Part shown: positions 50,499-61,639 of the stretch, in pieces | Layout of the letters: each line of letters begins with the position of its first letter | Numbering within the stretch: the first letter of the stretch is position 1 | Origin: Trypanosoma brucei | Lineage: Eukaryota | DNA: 64,000 nucleotides | Direction: 5' to 3' | NCBI GenBank assembly: GCA_000002445.1 | Contig: CH464491.1 | Location: 2,784,001-2,848,000, forward strand | Program-made: the position numbers and the translations under genes | Notes under the pieces: model-generated | The model's database searches: none | What the model saw: only the letters and a program-made list of their open reading frames with translations | Told to the model about the DNA's origin: nothing

Positions 50499-53400
50499 GC
50501 GAGGAAGTGGTGCCGAAGTGGAAAAATAAAAGATAAAAGGTAAAAAAAAAAAAAATGTCCTGGAGAATGAATGTATGGTTCTAAGAAGGGATACAAAAAA
50601 AAAAAGAAAAAGAACACTGATCAAATATACGGAAAAATAAGGGAAGACAAGACCACGGTTTTTTTTTGTACTCTAAGCGGTCACGCACCGCCGCGTGATG
50701 ATAAATGTCGTCTTTGTCGCTTCCCCCCTCCCCTTTTGGGGAGAATGTGTTTAACGTCAAAATTGTTATTTTGTCCTTTATGTCCTTTCGTGTCTTTGTC
50801 TTTCTTTTCTTTGCCTTTACTTATAACGGATGAACGCCGTTATTATTACCGTCGTTTCGAGAATAAAATGGAGAGGAAGGCTGACGTGCAGGGAGAAGGG
50901 AAAGTACATTGTCTCTTTTCTTTTTTTTTTTGCTTGTTTCGAATTCCCTTGCTTTTTTTTCCTAATCTCAAAAAAAAAAACGTAATAACACGTGTCCGAA
51001 GTGAAAATTAGCAGGGAAATGAGGAGGAAATTAAAAGGCGAAAGAAGAGGTTTTAAAGAAGCTGCTGATGCTGTATCCTTAACTTTTTAGTGACGGTATT
51101 TGAAAAAAAAAACAGAAATAGAGATTTGTTGATCAGCGCAATGCATTGAACGCATGGTTCCGCTATTTCAAAAAAAAAAGAAACGAAGTGATAAATGGTG
51201 GTTCATGCAGCTAAGTAAAGAACTAAATTGTAGAAAGAAGGTGCAAAGTTTACCAATAACCACAATGACTTTTCTCCCTGCTCTTTTTTATTCTATTCCT
51301 CAAAAAGTAAAGCAAAAAAAACTGCAAGGCAACCAGTCACCACCTCGAAGACTGAGGATTGTGCTTCAGACGGTAAATAAATAATAATAATAATAACAAT
51401 GACAATAAATATAATAAATGTAGCGTTCACTCACAGTTTCTCAAATTTTGATGTTGCCGTTGTTCCATCTTATAACGGTTGAGCTGAAGGGCTACGAAAG
51501 GGAATCCCTCTTTGCTTGCGCCGTGCGTATTTTGCGTGCGCCTGCGCTTTTGTTTGTTCTGTTTTTTTTGTTTGTTTTTGATCTTTAATTTGTTGTGTGT
51601 TGATTATCTTTATCATCTTTTTTTTTTTCACCCTCTTCCTCTGTTGTTGTTGCTATTGTTGAAATGCTTTATACTCTTCTTGCGACTGCAAGTTACTACT
51701 GTCGTTAAAAAACTTTATATTAATGATTTTCTTTTTTGTTGTTAAATACGTTGAATCACTGCTGCAGTAGACGTATTTTAAAAAAAAAAGAAAGTGGGGG
51801 AAGAAGTTTTGCTCATGAACGGCACGCTCTTTTATATGTGTGTGCTGTTTTTAATTCACGCTTGTTGCCACTTGCGACGGGCGGTGCCGGTATTAATTTT
51901 CATTTGTTTTGTTTGTTTGTTTTTTTTCGTTTGTTTTTTTTTACTTTTTATGAAGATACGAATGTAACCATTCGTCACCGCTTCTTCCCCCACACTTACC
52001 TCTTATGTACATTTTTTTTTGTTTTTGTCTGATATTGTCATCCTTGAAAACAACAACGGCAACAGCAACAACAACAACAACAACAGTAACAATAATAATA
52101 ATAATATATTATTATTATTATGTTATATTATATATTTTGTGTTATAAATGTTACTACTATTGTATAATATGTATACGTATGAAGAATATTTATACAATTA
52201 TATATCTCAATATGCTTTGAGTTTCCTTTCCTTACTTTCCCCCTCTATCCTTTCTTTTGTTTTTCCTTTCTATCAGTTTTTTTTTCTTGTATTATCCAAA
52301 ATTGGGGTACTCCTCTTTCATTTATTGATTTGTTAATGTATTTATGAACTTACAGTTTTTTTTTTAAAAAAATAAAAACGTTCATCTTTATATATTGAAA
52401 TATATCTTTATATATTTATTTATGTATTTTACCAGACAGTTTTGCCTCCTCTGCCCCCTCATTGTTTCAAGTACTGTTGTAATGCAATTTTGGTTTGCTT
52501 CCTTTTAACTTTTTTCCATAACAAATTTGATTTTTCTTTAACGCGAGAGAAACAAATATAATTTATAAATATGATATATAATTATCTGACTTAATTTGTT
52601 TTGTTTTGTTTTTTTAATGTTTCATATAGAAGGGGACACAACATTGATAAGTAAATAGATAAATAAATAATTTATTTCAAGTCTTTTGTTTGGTTTTTTT
52701 TTGAAAATGAAAAGCTATGAGTGAAACGGGGGGGGAAGCGGAGGGCTCACGGGACTATTTCGTCACTCCTTCTTTTTTTTTCAGTACAATTGTGACGAAA
52801 AGAAAAGAAAATGTAGGGAAGGGAGTCGGTAATATTAATATTTAAAAAAAAAAGGGAAATAGGAAATTTTTTTACCACTATTGTTGCTACTAATACCGGT
52901 GTTTGTTTGGTGCCAAACACCATCTGTTTCCATTTTAATTCTTTTGTGTTTATATGTTTTCTTTTTCTTTTGCCTCTTCTTTCCTACTTTATCCTCTTGT
53001 TTGTTTGACTTTTTTTTTCTCCCACTGATTCCTTCATGATCCACTTAGGCCCGTGAATTTGGACCGTTGTTTGTTGGCTCTTTTAGTTTGTTCGTTTGTT
53101 TGTTTGTTTGTTTTTGTTTTTGTTTTTGTTTTTTTTTGTTTTGCCTTTACTTTACTTTGCTTTGCTCGAGTGTTCCACCACAAGACGCCGCGCAGGTCGA
53201 CCAGCGCTGACAGTTTGCAGAAAAAAAAAGGAAATAAAATTTGTAAATAAAATAAAACAGAGTCACAAGAAGGAAACAAGGGGGAACGGCGTAGTGGAGG
53301 CAGCGGTATCACCGACTTAACCCACCTCTTCGTACTCACTTACTCCGTGTGTGTGTGTGTACGCGCGCGCTGTTGTATTTGTTTGTGTGTCTGGTTTATT

Positions 53401-53546
53401 AGAGGGGGAAACAAAAGGAAAGAAACCAACAAAAACAACAGGAAAACGCTGGAAGGCAAACTAACAGAGAGGCAACAGTAACAGTCAGATAAAAGAGGGG
53501 AAGGGAAAAGGAAAGTAGAAAGGAGGAATAACAAAAAAGGACAGGT
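50499..53546. repeat. About 3 kb AT-rich low-complexity intergenic region with multiple microsatellites.
   Basis: It contains poly(A)/poly(T) runs, (CAA)n and (AAT/ATT)n near 52047-52135, (GTTT/GTTTT)n at 53085-53148, and (GT)n near 53345. No ORF in it has a credible composition. Confidence 0.8.
53085..53148. repeat. (GTTT)n/(GTTTT)n microsatellite.
   Basis: gtttgttcgtttgtttgtttgtttgtttttgtttttgtttttgttttttttt upstream of CK2 beta. Confidence 0.9.
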
Positions 53547-54431
53547 ATGAACTACCCGATGTATGTTGGCGAGTACTCCGATGATCGTACAGGCTTCGAT
53601 GAGGAGGTTGACGAGGAAGTCATACCGTGGATTGTGTGGTTCTGCGAAATGAAGAGCCACGAGTTTTTCTGCGTGGTGGACAGGGACTTCATTGACGATG
53701 AGTTCAACCTTACCGGTCTTTCCTCCATGGTATCCTTCTACCACTATGCGCTCGATCTGATTCTGGACCTCGAAACGCAGAGCAGCTCCCGGCTGACGGA
53801 AGAACAACAGCGGCTTGTGGAGTCCTCCGCCGAAACGCTTTACGGTCTCATCCACGCCCGCTTCATCACGACACCGCGCGGTTTGAAGCTTATGGAAGAA
53901 AAATTTGTCGAAGGGGAGTTTGGCCGGTGCCCCCGAGTGTTTTGTGGCGGCCAAGCGGTGTTACCCGTGGGCCAGAGTGACGTGGTGCGCGAAAGCTCAG
54001 TGAAACTCTTCTGTCCAAAATGTCAGGACATTTATTATCCGCGGTCCTCACGACACCGCGCACTAGACGGTGCCTTCTGGGGGACAACGTTCCCACACCT
54101 CTTTCTTATGCATCTCAGGGAGAATGGAAAGGTGATTGGGCGCCCCAAGCAGCAATATATCCCTCGTATCTACGGCTTTCGGCTGCACAACAAGGAAAAG
54201 TGCGTTCGCGACGAAGATGTGGAGCGGGCCGGGAGTGTTGGCGGTGGTGCTGCAGGCGCCGACGAGGGAGATGCCGAAGAAGAGGAAGAACAAGAGGAAG
54301 AGGAGGGAAGTCACCACCAGCAACAAATTGGTGGGGAGGGCAGTACACGACAAAATACACCCAACTCTCGTAAGGGACGGAGTGGCGCTAGGGGGCCCAG
54401 AGGAGAGCCTGAGGAGACACCAAAGAGATAA
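53547..54431 (+). CDS. CK2B: Casein kinase II regulatory (beta) subunit.
   Basis: IPWIVWFCEMKSHEFFCVVDRDFIDDEFNLTGL, LYGLIHARFITTPRGLKLMEEKF, FGRCPRVFCGGQAVLPVGQSDVVRESSVKLFCPKCQDIYYPRSSRHRALDGAFWGTTFPHLF. This includes the CPxxC...CPKC zinc-finger signature of CK2 beta. Acidic/Gly-rich C-terminal tail. Confidence 0.95.
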   Translation: MNYPMYVGEYSDDRTGFDEEVDEEVIPWIVWFCEMKSHEFFCVVDRDFIDDEFNLTGLSSMVSFYHYALDLILDLETQSSSRLTEEQQRLVESSAETLYGLIHARFITTPRGLKLMEEKFVEGEFGRCPRVFCGGQAVLPVGQSDVVRESSVKLFCPKCQDIYYPRSSRHRALDGAFWGTTFPHLFLMHLRENGKVIGRPKQQYIPRIYGFRLHNKEKCVRDEDVERAGSVGGGAAGADEGDAEEEEEQEEEEGSHHQQQIGGEGSTRQNTPNSRKGRSGARGPRGEPEETPKR

Positions 54432-55471
54432 AGGAAATGAAGAAAAGACAAAGTAATAAGAGGGAAAATCTGTGGACGTAAGCCGAATGTGGTGACGGTG
54501 GTGGTGGTGGTGGTTTGATAGGCTTGGGTATCTGAGAGGGCGGTGTGACGTATATTTATTTAAAAATACGTGTGGTTGTGGAAGGTGAAGAAGCGGAGGT
54601 AGGCAGAAGTGAATGAGAGTTGCCTTCCTGTTTCCAATTACCCACCGTCCTCCCAGACGATGATGGACGTACACCTCACTTCTGAATGAAGAACGAGGGG
54701 TGAACAGAATGGAAGAAGTTGCGCAGTTGTTTTCAATGTTTTTCGTTTTCGTGTCCATGGCAGTGACTGTGGAATGGAGGCGTGTGTTGGGGGTTGTAGG
54801 AATGAAGGAGAGGTGGGGAAACAGGACGTCTTGGAAAGGTTACGGACGTACTGGAGTGATGAGAGGATGAAGCAAAAGGATGTAAAAGAAAGACTTTCAC
54901 CGGACTGTGGTCAAGCACGTTCAACTGAACATGCATTAAATCCATTTCAAAAGATGCGAGGCGGTAGTTGCGCGGTACTCCCCGCTGTATCTCATCCCTT
55001 ATTTTCTTTTGTTGTGTGTGATAAGGTGTTTTCATGTGGTGGTCTTTTATTATATATATATTTTTGTGTAAGTGCTCTTTCTTTGTACGGATGGTTGGTG
55101 TCGTTGCAAACGTGTGATCCTCTTTTACCGGGTGTACTGTCATTGTTCTCGGTCGGTGATGCCGTCTGTCCTTTACTCTGCCACGCTGGAACCAAGGACG
55201 CCACCCACAACGTGCATAGATATATACATATCTATATATACATGCGTATAACGTAAATGAGTGACCGCTGCATGGACGTAAGTATAGATGGGGGGTGGGG
55301 GCTGTGACTGCTCTGAATTCCATTGCCCAGCCGACTTTTCTCCCCTGCGCTGTTGTTTTGGCACTCATTTAATTTACTTCCCTACCGCATCGTGTCTCCC
55401 GAGACGCCGTTAGTGGAAGGAGGTGTTTAGTACCGAAAGGTTAGGGGAAAACTGGGAGAGGCTTCATCTCG

Positions 55472-57049
55472 TTGAGAACAGGAAGGAATACAGTTAAGAA
55501 CCGTGCTTGGATAGGTGGAGTTCCTTTGCATAAGAAAGCAGTCAGCGGGATGAATCCGCCGACTACTCAGGCCAATGGTGATAGACCTCAAAGACAATTT
55601 TCGGGGGCGAATCGTCAACCAGCCACACTCAGCCATGAAAAGAGTCACCACACACCAATGCGGCGTCTGATTATGACAAATCACAACCGCCATGCTGAGC
55701 AAAAGGGCCAACGACAGGGAAATGAAGCGGCTCAAAGTGATGGGGAGCTCTTGGGGCGTGCGAAGACCCACTCAAGTTTCGCGGAGCTCCGCCGTTCCCT
55801 GGTGGATGCGTCAGCCGTTGCGGAATTCATCCAGAAGAACTACACCGGAAGGTTACGCGACCCCAAACAACTCAATAACTTTTTTCAGGCCCTCAGTAAC
55901 CGACCGGAGACTATTTTTACGGAGCTTTGTGGATTGTACAAGAAAGAGGTTTGCCTCATGCTTGAGCGAATGCTGGAGGTGTACTCCACAGCCACCTCCA
56001 CTTCAGCGGTGCCAATTTCTCCAGCGGCACATGAGTTTATTATTCGCTGCGAGCAGAACGGTGTGCGAAGGATGACGTGGGCGGATGAGCTTACACAAAC
56101 CAACGGCACGCAAAAGGTGGAAAAGGGAGAGGAAGGAGAAGAAGGTGTGGACGCCAAAGCAAGTGCATCTGCATCCGGTCCGGTACCGGTGCTGTTGTTT
56201 TCGCCGCGCGAACTCATAAAGAAGGTTGCAAATGTAGAACCACGGGGTAGGCTAGAGCGTATGATTGAAATGTCCACCACGACAGCTGACCTTGAAAGCT
56301 GTGCACGGAAACTTCAAACTGTTGCAACACCAGCGCAGGAAGGTAAGAAGAATTTGGAGTACGCGGCGGTATGCCGGCTGCTCAGTAAGCTTGCCTCCAA
56401 GACGCGTCGCACATGTGAAGCCATAATTCGCACCGCCACGGAGGCAGGAAAGCTGCCTGTAGATGATCTATCTGCACTTGATCAAGTGATAGGTACGCTT
56501 CTCGCCGTGACCCAGCGTTCATTTTCTGAACGCCCACCCGTAGTGCAGCAACACCCCATAGCGAAACTCTCTAACCTAGTCAAGTGGTGCAACACACATA
56601 ATTTGCTTCAGTACAACGCTGATAAATACTCAGCACTCGTGGAAGCTCTCGAAAAGCAGTCGTCACTGGAGTTACACGCACAGGCAGCACAGTTGGAAAC
56701 AGTGTTGCTTCTCAAAGGGCTGCAACCCGGTGATGATGCGGCGGCTACGGAGACGCTTCAGAAACTGTGGAATGAGTCTCTGGGACGGTACGAACCGTGC
56801 AGTGCCGACGTTTTGTCATCCATTGCTGTCGTGTGTCGGGCCGATGGAATTTCCGATACTCTCCGTACGCAGGTTGCACAGCGCCTCGTCCTTACGCAAC
56901 AATGCGTGCAGAGGGAAAGGAAAAGCAACGAAACAATTCTTCCCAGGCGCGCACTGAGCTTCGTGCTGGTGGAGCAATCAAAAGAAAAGCGAGACGCCGT
57001 CAAGCGGATGCTGGCCAAAGAAGAGAATAAGAAAAGAGGAAGAGATTGA
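55472..57049 (+). CDS. Hypothetical protein (about 500 aa), helical.
   Basis: A long ORF on the coding strand. A possible true start is at about 55550 (MNPPTTQ). I recognise no family. Confidence 0.45.
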   Translation: MRTGRNTVKNRAWIGGVPLHKKAVSGMNPPTTQANGDRPQRQFSGANRQPATLSHEKSHHTPMRRLIMTNHNRHAEQKGQRQGNEAAQSDGELLGRAKTHSSFAELRRSLVDASAVAEFIQKNYTGRLRDPKQLNNFFQALSNRPETIFTELCGLYKKEVCLMLERMLEVYSTATSTSAVPISPAAHEFIIRCEQNGVRRMTWADELTQTNGTQKVEKGEEGEEGVDAKASASASGPVPVLLFSPRELIKKVANVEPRGRLERMIEMSTTTADLESCARKLQTVATPAQEGKKNLEYAAVCRLLSKLASKTRRTCEAIIRTATEAGKLPVDDLSALDQVIGTLLAVTQRSFSERPPVVQQHPIAKLSNLVKWCNTHNLLQYNADKYSALVEALEKQSSLELHAQAAQLETVLLLKGLQPGDDAAATETLQKLWNESLGRYEPCSADVLSSIAVVCRADGISDTLRTQVAQRLVLTQQCVQRERKSNETILPRRALSFVLVEQSKEKRDAVKRMLAKEENKKRGRD

Positions 57050-57468
57050 GGCGAATATGACAGTTGGGAAGAGAATGCATTGCGAATGCTGATTTGGGTT
57101 TTGTGCGCGTTTATGCACACTTGCGTTTATTCGGTTAATTGATAATCCTTTACAGGACCTAGCGTCGCGTCCTCTGCTTAGTATTCGTGTCGCTCGTTAC
57201 TTAGTTATTATTCGTCAATATACAGTGTGCCCTGAACGTCCCAGTTGTTCCATTGCCATGTGCAACGCCTTGTTTTCTTTACTTCCTTTTTTAGTGCCAC
57301 CATTGCTCGTTGGACTGTAGTTGCACTCTCCGTTCGCTCAACCGGTTACGGAAAAGAGGGGGGAACTTCAAGTCGTGGCAAAGACACCTGTACTTTGGTG
57401 CCGTCACGAAGTTCGGTGGCACAGTGCTCAAGTTTTATCTTTAAGACCATTGTAGCGCCAACAGCCGG

Positions 57469-58728
57469 ATGCTAAACCTGGAGTCGCTTAACACAGGCCT
57501 CACACGAGTCGTGAGCGTGAAGAAATACCCTGTCACACGAAGGCAGCAACTGCACCTGTCACGCACCACCAAAGGTCGTGTTTTCCGGATTGGGGTCCTT
57601 CACAGCAAAGAAATGACTGAAGCAATGCTCCTGAAGAACCGACGTGGGTTTGTCAACAGTCAGGTGAATACGGTGGCTCACGCCCCATCCCTCTATCACT
57701 GGCTTTTTCACCGCTGCGGTGTGCCGTTTGAGGAGGCTGCAGAGTTGGCAAGCAGCGGCGGTTTAACCGTTAATGGCATCACGGTTGACCGCAGCGAGCT
57801 GGAGGCGCAGAGAGACTGGGCTGCGTTCCAGCAAAAGGACATCCTCATCCGCGTGCCGGCTCCACTGTCTGAACGCACCGCCGGCCTATCGAGCCGCTAT
57901 GGGAACAAAGAAACTCCCTCCAATAGAGACAATAACGGTGAAACTAACGGTAGTAGCAGTTCTAAAGCTTCGCTGTGGGTTCCAGCACTGAAACGGGCAT
58001 TACACCGGCAGTACTTTCTTATCTATCTTCACCCCGGGGTATCCATCACCTCAGATCAAACGGATCCCCGGAGTTTCGTACACCGACTCACTCCGACTAT
58101 TGGAAGCACAGCGGGGCTCGGAATGAATATTCTACGGCCGATCGGTTTTATGAATGGAATGAAGGGTATAGGAATCGCAACAAACGATGTCTCCATGGTG
58201 CGCTACTGGAACAACGAGTTCTTGGGGAATTTTGGTGTCTACGACGTTCGATTCCCGAGAGGTGTGCCGCCCGAAGTATTGTGGCGACTGTCAGAGGAAA
58301 TAAATGCAGACTTGGATAACGGAATCAGGAAGCAACTAAGTCGAGATGTGAAGGTACCCTGCACCTGTGCAGTCGAGCCCGTCCCAATATTTAAGCAGCA
58401 TCGACAAACGCAACGACGCGATGTCGTGTCTGACGTGTACCCCCAAGCACTTCATAACGAACGACTAGTGATAAGAACTCCGCTCCTCCCTTATCGAGTG
58501 GCTCGGAAGATACGGCATGCCAGTGGTCTTACGACGTTGGTGCGCTCCGGCCCGTTCGTATTTCCGCCATCACTACCTGAGGTAAAGGCCCGCCAGTTGT
58601 CACCACAGGAGCTGGCTCTCATGTTCACATTTGAGCGCAAACTCAAGACGAACCGTGTGATACTTAGCCTGCGTGAGTTTGAAGCAGATGCACACGACGA
58701 CATTGCGGGGGAACGACGTGGGCTATGA
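57469..58728 (+). CDS. S4-like RNA-binding + RsuA/RluB-family pseudouridine-synthase-like protein, possibly catalytically inactive.
   Basis: The S4-like segment is LYHWLFHRCGVPFEEAAELASSGGLTVNGITVDR. The RsuA motif-I-like segment YFLIYLHPGVSITSDQTDPRS compares with YFMLNKPQGYVCSTDDP. The motif-II position reads RPIGFMNGMKGIGIATND against the consensus GRLDxDTxGLLLLTNDG, so the catalytic Asp position appears to be Asn. The similarity is weak. Confidence 0.35.
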   Translation: MLNLESLNTGLTRVVSVKKYPVTRRQQLHLSRTTKGRVFRIGVLHSKEMTEAMLLKNRRGFVNSQVNTVAHAPSLYHWLFHRCGVPFEEAAELASSGGLTVNGITVDRSELEAQRDWAAFQQKDILIRVPAPLSERTAGLSSRYGNKETPSNRDNNGETNGSSSSKASLWVPALKRALHRQYFLIYLHPGVSITSDQTDPRSFVHRLTPTIGSTAGLGMNILRPIGFMNGMKGIGIATNDVSMVRYWNNEFLGNFGVYDVRFPRGVPPEVLWRLSEEINADLDNGIRKQLSRDVKVPCTCAVEPVPIFKQHRQTQRRDVVSDVYPQALHNERLVIRTPLLPYRVARKIRHASGLTTLVRSGPFVFPPSLPEVKARQLSPQELALMFTFERKLKTNRVILSLREFEADAHDDIAGERRGL

Positions 58729-59117
58729 TTAAGGGGAATAGTTTCGCGCAAATTTTTTCCATGTGTTGATGGTTGGATGGGACGGTTCTTTGACTTGGGC
58801 GAAGCGGATGGCTTTTGGCCCTGGAAAGGGGGAAGAGTAGGGCTGGAAGTAACACACTGTAACGCGGCTACCCACACTTTGAGATGGCGGGCGAATGAAA
58901 ATTGTTTGAGAAACATCACTTTGGTTGTAACCATGCTGGGCTATCTCTACGTGAATAAATATACGTTAAGCACGGTACATCACCCATTTTACCCGTTAAA
59001 TTTCTAGTAGTCACACGTGCATGTCCCTTCCTGTCCCATTTGTCTCCTCCCCTTTCCATTTCTCCCAACACGTAATGCAGGTGTTTGAAGGGTGTATAAG
59101 AAGCCGCAACGGTAATT

Positions 59118-60416
59118 ATGTCGTGGGCTGCACTTGTGGAGAAAGCGAAGGATGTCACGCCGGCGGTGACGGAACCGAAACGAGTTGCGTTTGCGGTAGA
59201 ACCCGGTGAAGGAAGAAAAAAGGAGAGCAATAGTGCGGAAGGTAAAGATGGCAACGATGTGGTGGGGGATGTAGTGGGTGTGGAAGTGCCCTCATTCTCG
59301 AAAGGCCTTTTGGTTCTTGATGCGAACGCCTTCATCAAAGGTATGAATTTGCTAGACGGCACAGCTGATGCACTCGTAACGACCTCACAGGTTATTTCCG
59401 AGGTGCGCGATCGTGCAGCTCGCCAGATGCTGGAAAGGCTTCCAACGCACCTCCATGTATTGGAACCCTCGAAGGAGTCGGTGACCGCCATCGTCAACAT
59501 CGCACAGAAAACAGGTGACTTAGGCACTCTGAGCCGAACAGATATTCGTGTGTGTGCACTTGCGCTGGATTGTTGCAAGGCCACTAATACGCTTTTGGAG
59601 CCAATAGCGCCTCGAGCTGCGGTGATCAACCCTGAGTGTAGCGACGGAACAAAGATTGTAACAGAGCTGAAAGATGAAAGTGAAGAAGCACAAAGCGAGG
59701 ATGATCAAAACGATGAAGGTGTAGCTGATCATAAGAACGATACGGAAAGAGGGGACGACGACGATGAAGGCTGGATTACGCCAGAAAATATTCATTTATG
59801 TAAGGCAAACGAGGGCTCGAGTGCCGGAGCCGCTGCAGGGGAACGGTTTGAGTGTGGGGTCGCATGCGTTACGTCAGACTATGCGATGCAAAACACTCTG
59901 CTGCACGTTGGTGTCCCAATAGTTGGACCGCACGGCATGAGAATACGCGAAGTGCGGCAATGGCTGCTCCGCTGCACCGCCTGTTTCACTATCAATGCAG
60001 ACACGACACGACAGTTCTGCAGTGAATGCGGTAGCGGTAATACGCTTCGGCGTGTGCAGTATGTCGTCACCACTGACGGAGAACGGCAATTGTTTATTAA
60101 CTTCCGTAAGCGGATTAGCACCCGTGGAACAGTGTACAATCTCCCAAAACCACGTGGAGGACGAAGGGGAACAAACAGATGTCTGGTGCTTCGCGAAGAT
60201 CAATTGGCACACCTTATCCGTGGAACCACCTCCATGAAAATGAAAGAGAAACTTGCCACACGATCTGGAAACGGCGGACTCGATGATGATCTGGCTGCCT
60301 TCGGTGAGGCACCGAAGCAACGTAAGCGGGACCCCGATCAACCACGAGTGACCTCATCCTATCATAAGTACAATGTGAACGAACGGAAAAAGCTTCGCGC
60401 GGCGCGACGGAAGTGA
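59118..60416 (+). CDS. NOB1: NOB1-like PIN-domain endonuclease (18S rRNA 3'-end, D-site maturation).
   Basis: The N-terminal PIN domain is LVLDANAFIKGMNLLDG...VTTSQVISEVRD. The central acidic insert is typical of Nob1. The C-terminal zinc ribbon is LRCTACFTINADTTRQFCSECGSGNTL, followed by a basic tail. Confidence 0.75.
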   Translation: MSWAALVEKAKDVTPAVTEPKRVAFAVEPGEGRKKESNSAEGKDGNDVVGDVVGVEVPSFSKGLLVLDANAFIKGMNLLDGTADALVTTSQVISEVRDRAARQMLERLPTHLHVLEPSKESVTAIVNIAQKTGDLGTLSRTDIRVCALALDCCKATNTLLEPIAPRAAVINPECSDGTKIVTELKDESEEAQSEDDQNDEGVADHKNDTERGDDDDEGWITPENIHLCKANEGSSAGAAAGERFECGVACVTSDYAMQNTLLHVGVPIVGPHGMRIREVRQWLLRCTACFTINADTTRQFCSECGSGNTLRRVQYVVTTDGERQLFINFRKRISTRGTVYNLPKPRGGRRGTNRCLVLREDQLAHLIRGTTSMKMKEKLATRSGNGGLDDDLAAFGEAPKQRKRDPDQPRVTSSYHKYNVNERKKLRAARRK

Positions 60417-60787
60417 TTTGTGCGTGTGTGTGCGTGTGTGTGTGTCCTCACCAGATGAATCTTGCCTCCCTCTCCCCCCCGTACCGAAAAGGATAGAGGG
60501 CTGAGCAGGTGAAACTGTAGGAGGGGGATGTGAACGGCACCTGAGGAACTCGCTAACTGGTCCACACATAATTGCACGGCAGAACCGCGTGGACATCCTC
60601 CTGGTTATGTCGTACATTTTTAGTTAAAATGGTTGTAGCCTACGACTATAAGGTAAATAAGACAGTTCGTCGTCAGTACGTGTAGTAAATAAAGTGCTAT
60701 TGCGTGAACGAAGCAGCCGTATATGGCCATTCTACGGGAGTTGCACGTGACCGTAGGTACGAAAATGCTTTATAAAATCGCCTGGCG

Positions 60788-61639
60788 ATGGCGTCCTGCG
60801 TGACCCCCCACACCCGCGTATTTCTTTTCATCTGTTTTTTTTTCCTCCTCTTTCCATGCCTTTCTTTAACTTGTAGATCCGGGCCGGGTGGGTGGGACGA
60901 AAACGAAGGGATGCGTTACCCGGGGCGAAGGACTTTCTGCCGGGTCGCTTCCACGGCCACCTGTGGAGTTCTACTGGCAAACACGCTGCTCATCTCCTAC
61001 GCATGTTATGGAAAAGACACTTTTTTTCTTCAGCACTGGAATTATGGTAAACCAGTTATAATGAAGAAAACGCATTTGTTGGCGTTTTGGGAAAACGCCC
61101 TCAGTGCTGGGGAACGAGGTTGTGTTCAGGCTTGGTTAGACGCAATGAGTCTGAAGTCGCCATCCCACTCATTATTTTCCCCGCTTTTCGTGTTGCAAGA
61201 CACATTACTTTTTGTGTGTGGCTTACCGGAGTGGCGCAGCGCGGTCCTCACGCTGAGTAAACTGTTGGGTACAGATGTGGTGCCGTATTGCATGGAAATA
61301 CGACGGGAACGGCAAGGTGATGTGATTTTTCTGCATCTCAAACTGGAGACAGAGTTGAGACCCCGTTTTCTCCAATGGGCGAAAGGCGAGAAGGGCGGAA
61401 CACTCTCGTTTCCGTCAGTGGCAACATTGCAACTGGAAGAAAATAGCCCTGGAAGTGTTGGTAGTAATAAGTGGCGAATTGCTGCCGCAGAGCACCGTTG
61501 GTTCGGCGGTCCCATTGTGTCGCAGCAAAGCGCAACGTTGCGCTCGCCGTGGGGAGACGTGGGGGATATCCTGCGGCGTTTCTTCGCCTATTCCATGTTG
61601 GGCATTTCCCGTATTTTAGTTCGAGAAAAAGAGTTGTGA
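60788..61639 (+). CDS. Hypothetical protein.
   Basis: An ORF on the coding strand; the first ~25 codons look like UTR (a poly-Phe run from the poly-T tract). A likely start is at about 60911 (MRYPGRR). I recognise no family. Confidence 0.4.
   Translation: MASCVTPHTRVFLFICFFFLLFPCLSLTCRSGPGGWDENEGMRYPGRRTFCRVASTATCGVLLANTLLISYACYGKDTFFLQHWNYGKPVIMKKTHLLAFWENALSAGERGCVQAWLDAMSLKSPSHSLFSPLFVLQDTLLFVCGLPEWRSAVLTLSKLLGTDVVPYCMEIRRERQGDVIFLHLKLETELRPRFLQWAKGEKGGTLSFPSVATLQLEENSPGSVGSNKWRIAAAEHRWFGGPIVSQQSATLRSPWGDVGDILRRFFAYSMLGISRILVREKEL

Noticed and set aside
50571-52336. Several 60-150-aa ORFs in the 3-kb AT-rich spacer (50571-51011, 51512-51745, 51736-52032, 52005-52220).
   Set aside because: They are translations of poly(T), poly(A) and microsatellite DNA (poly-Phe, poly-Lys, poly-Thr, poly-Tyr strings) and are not plausible proteins.
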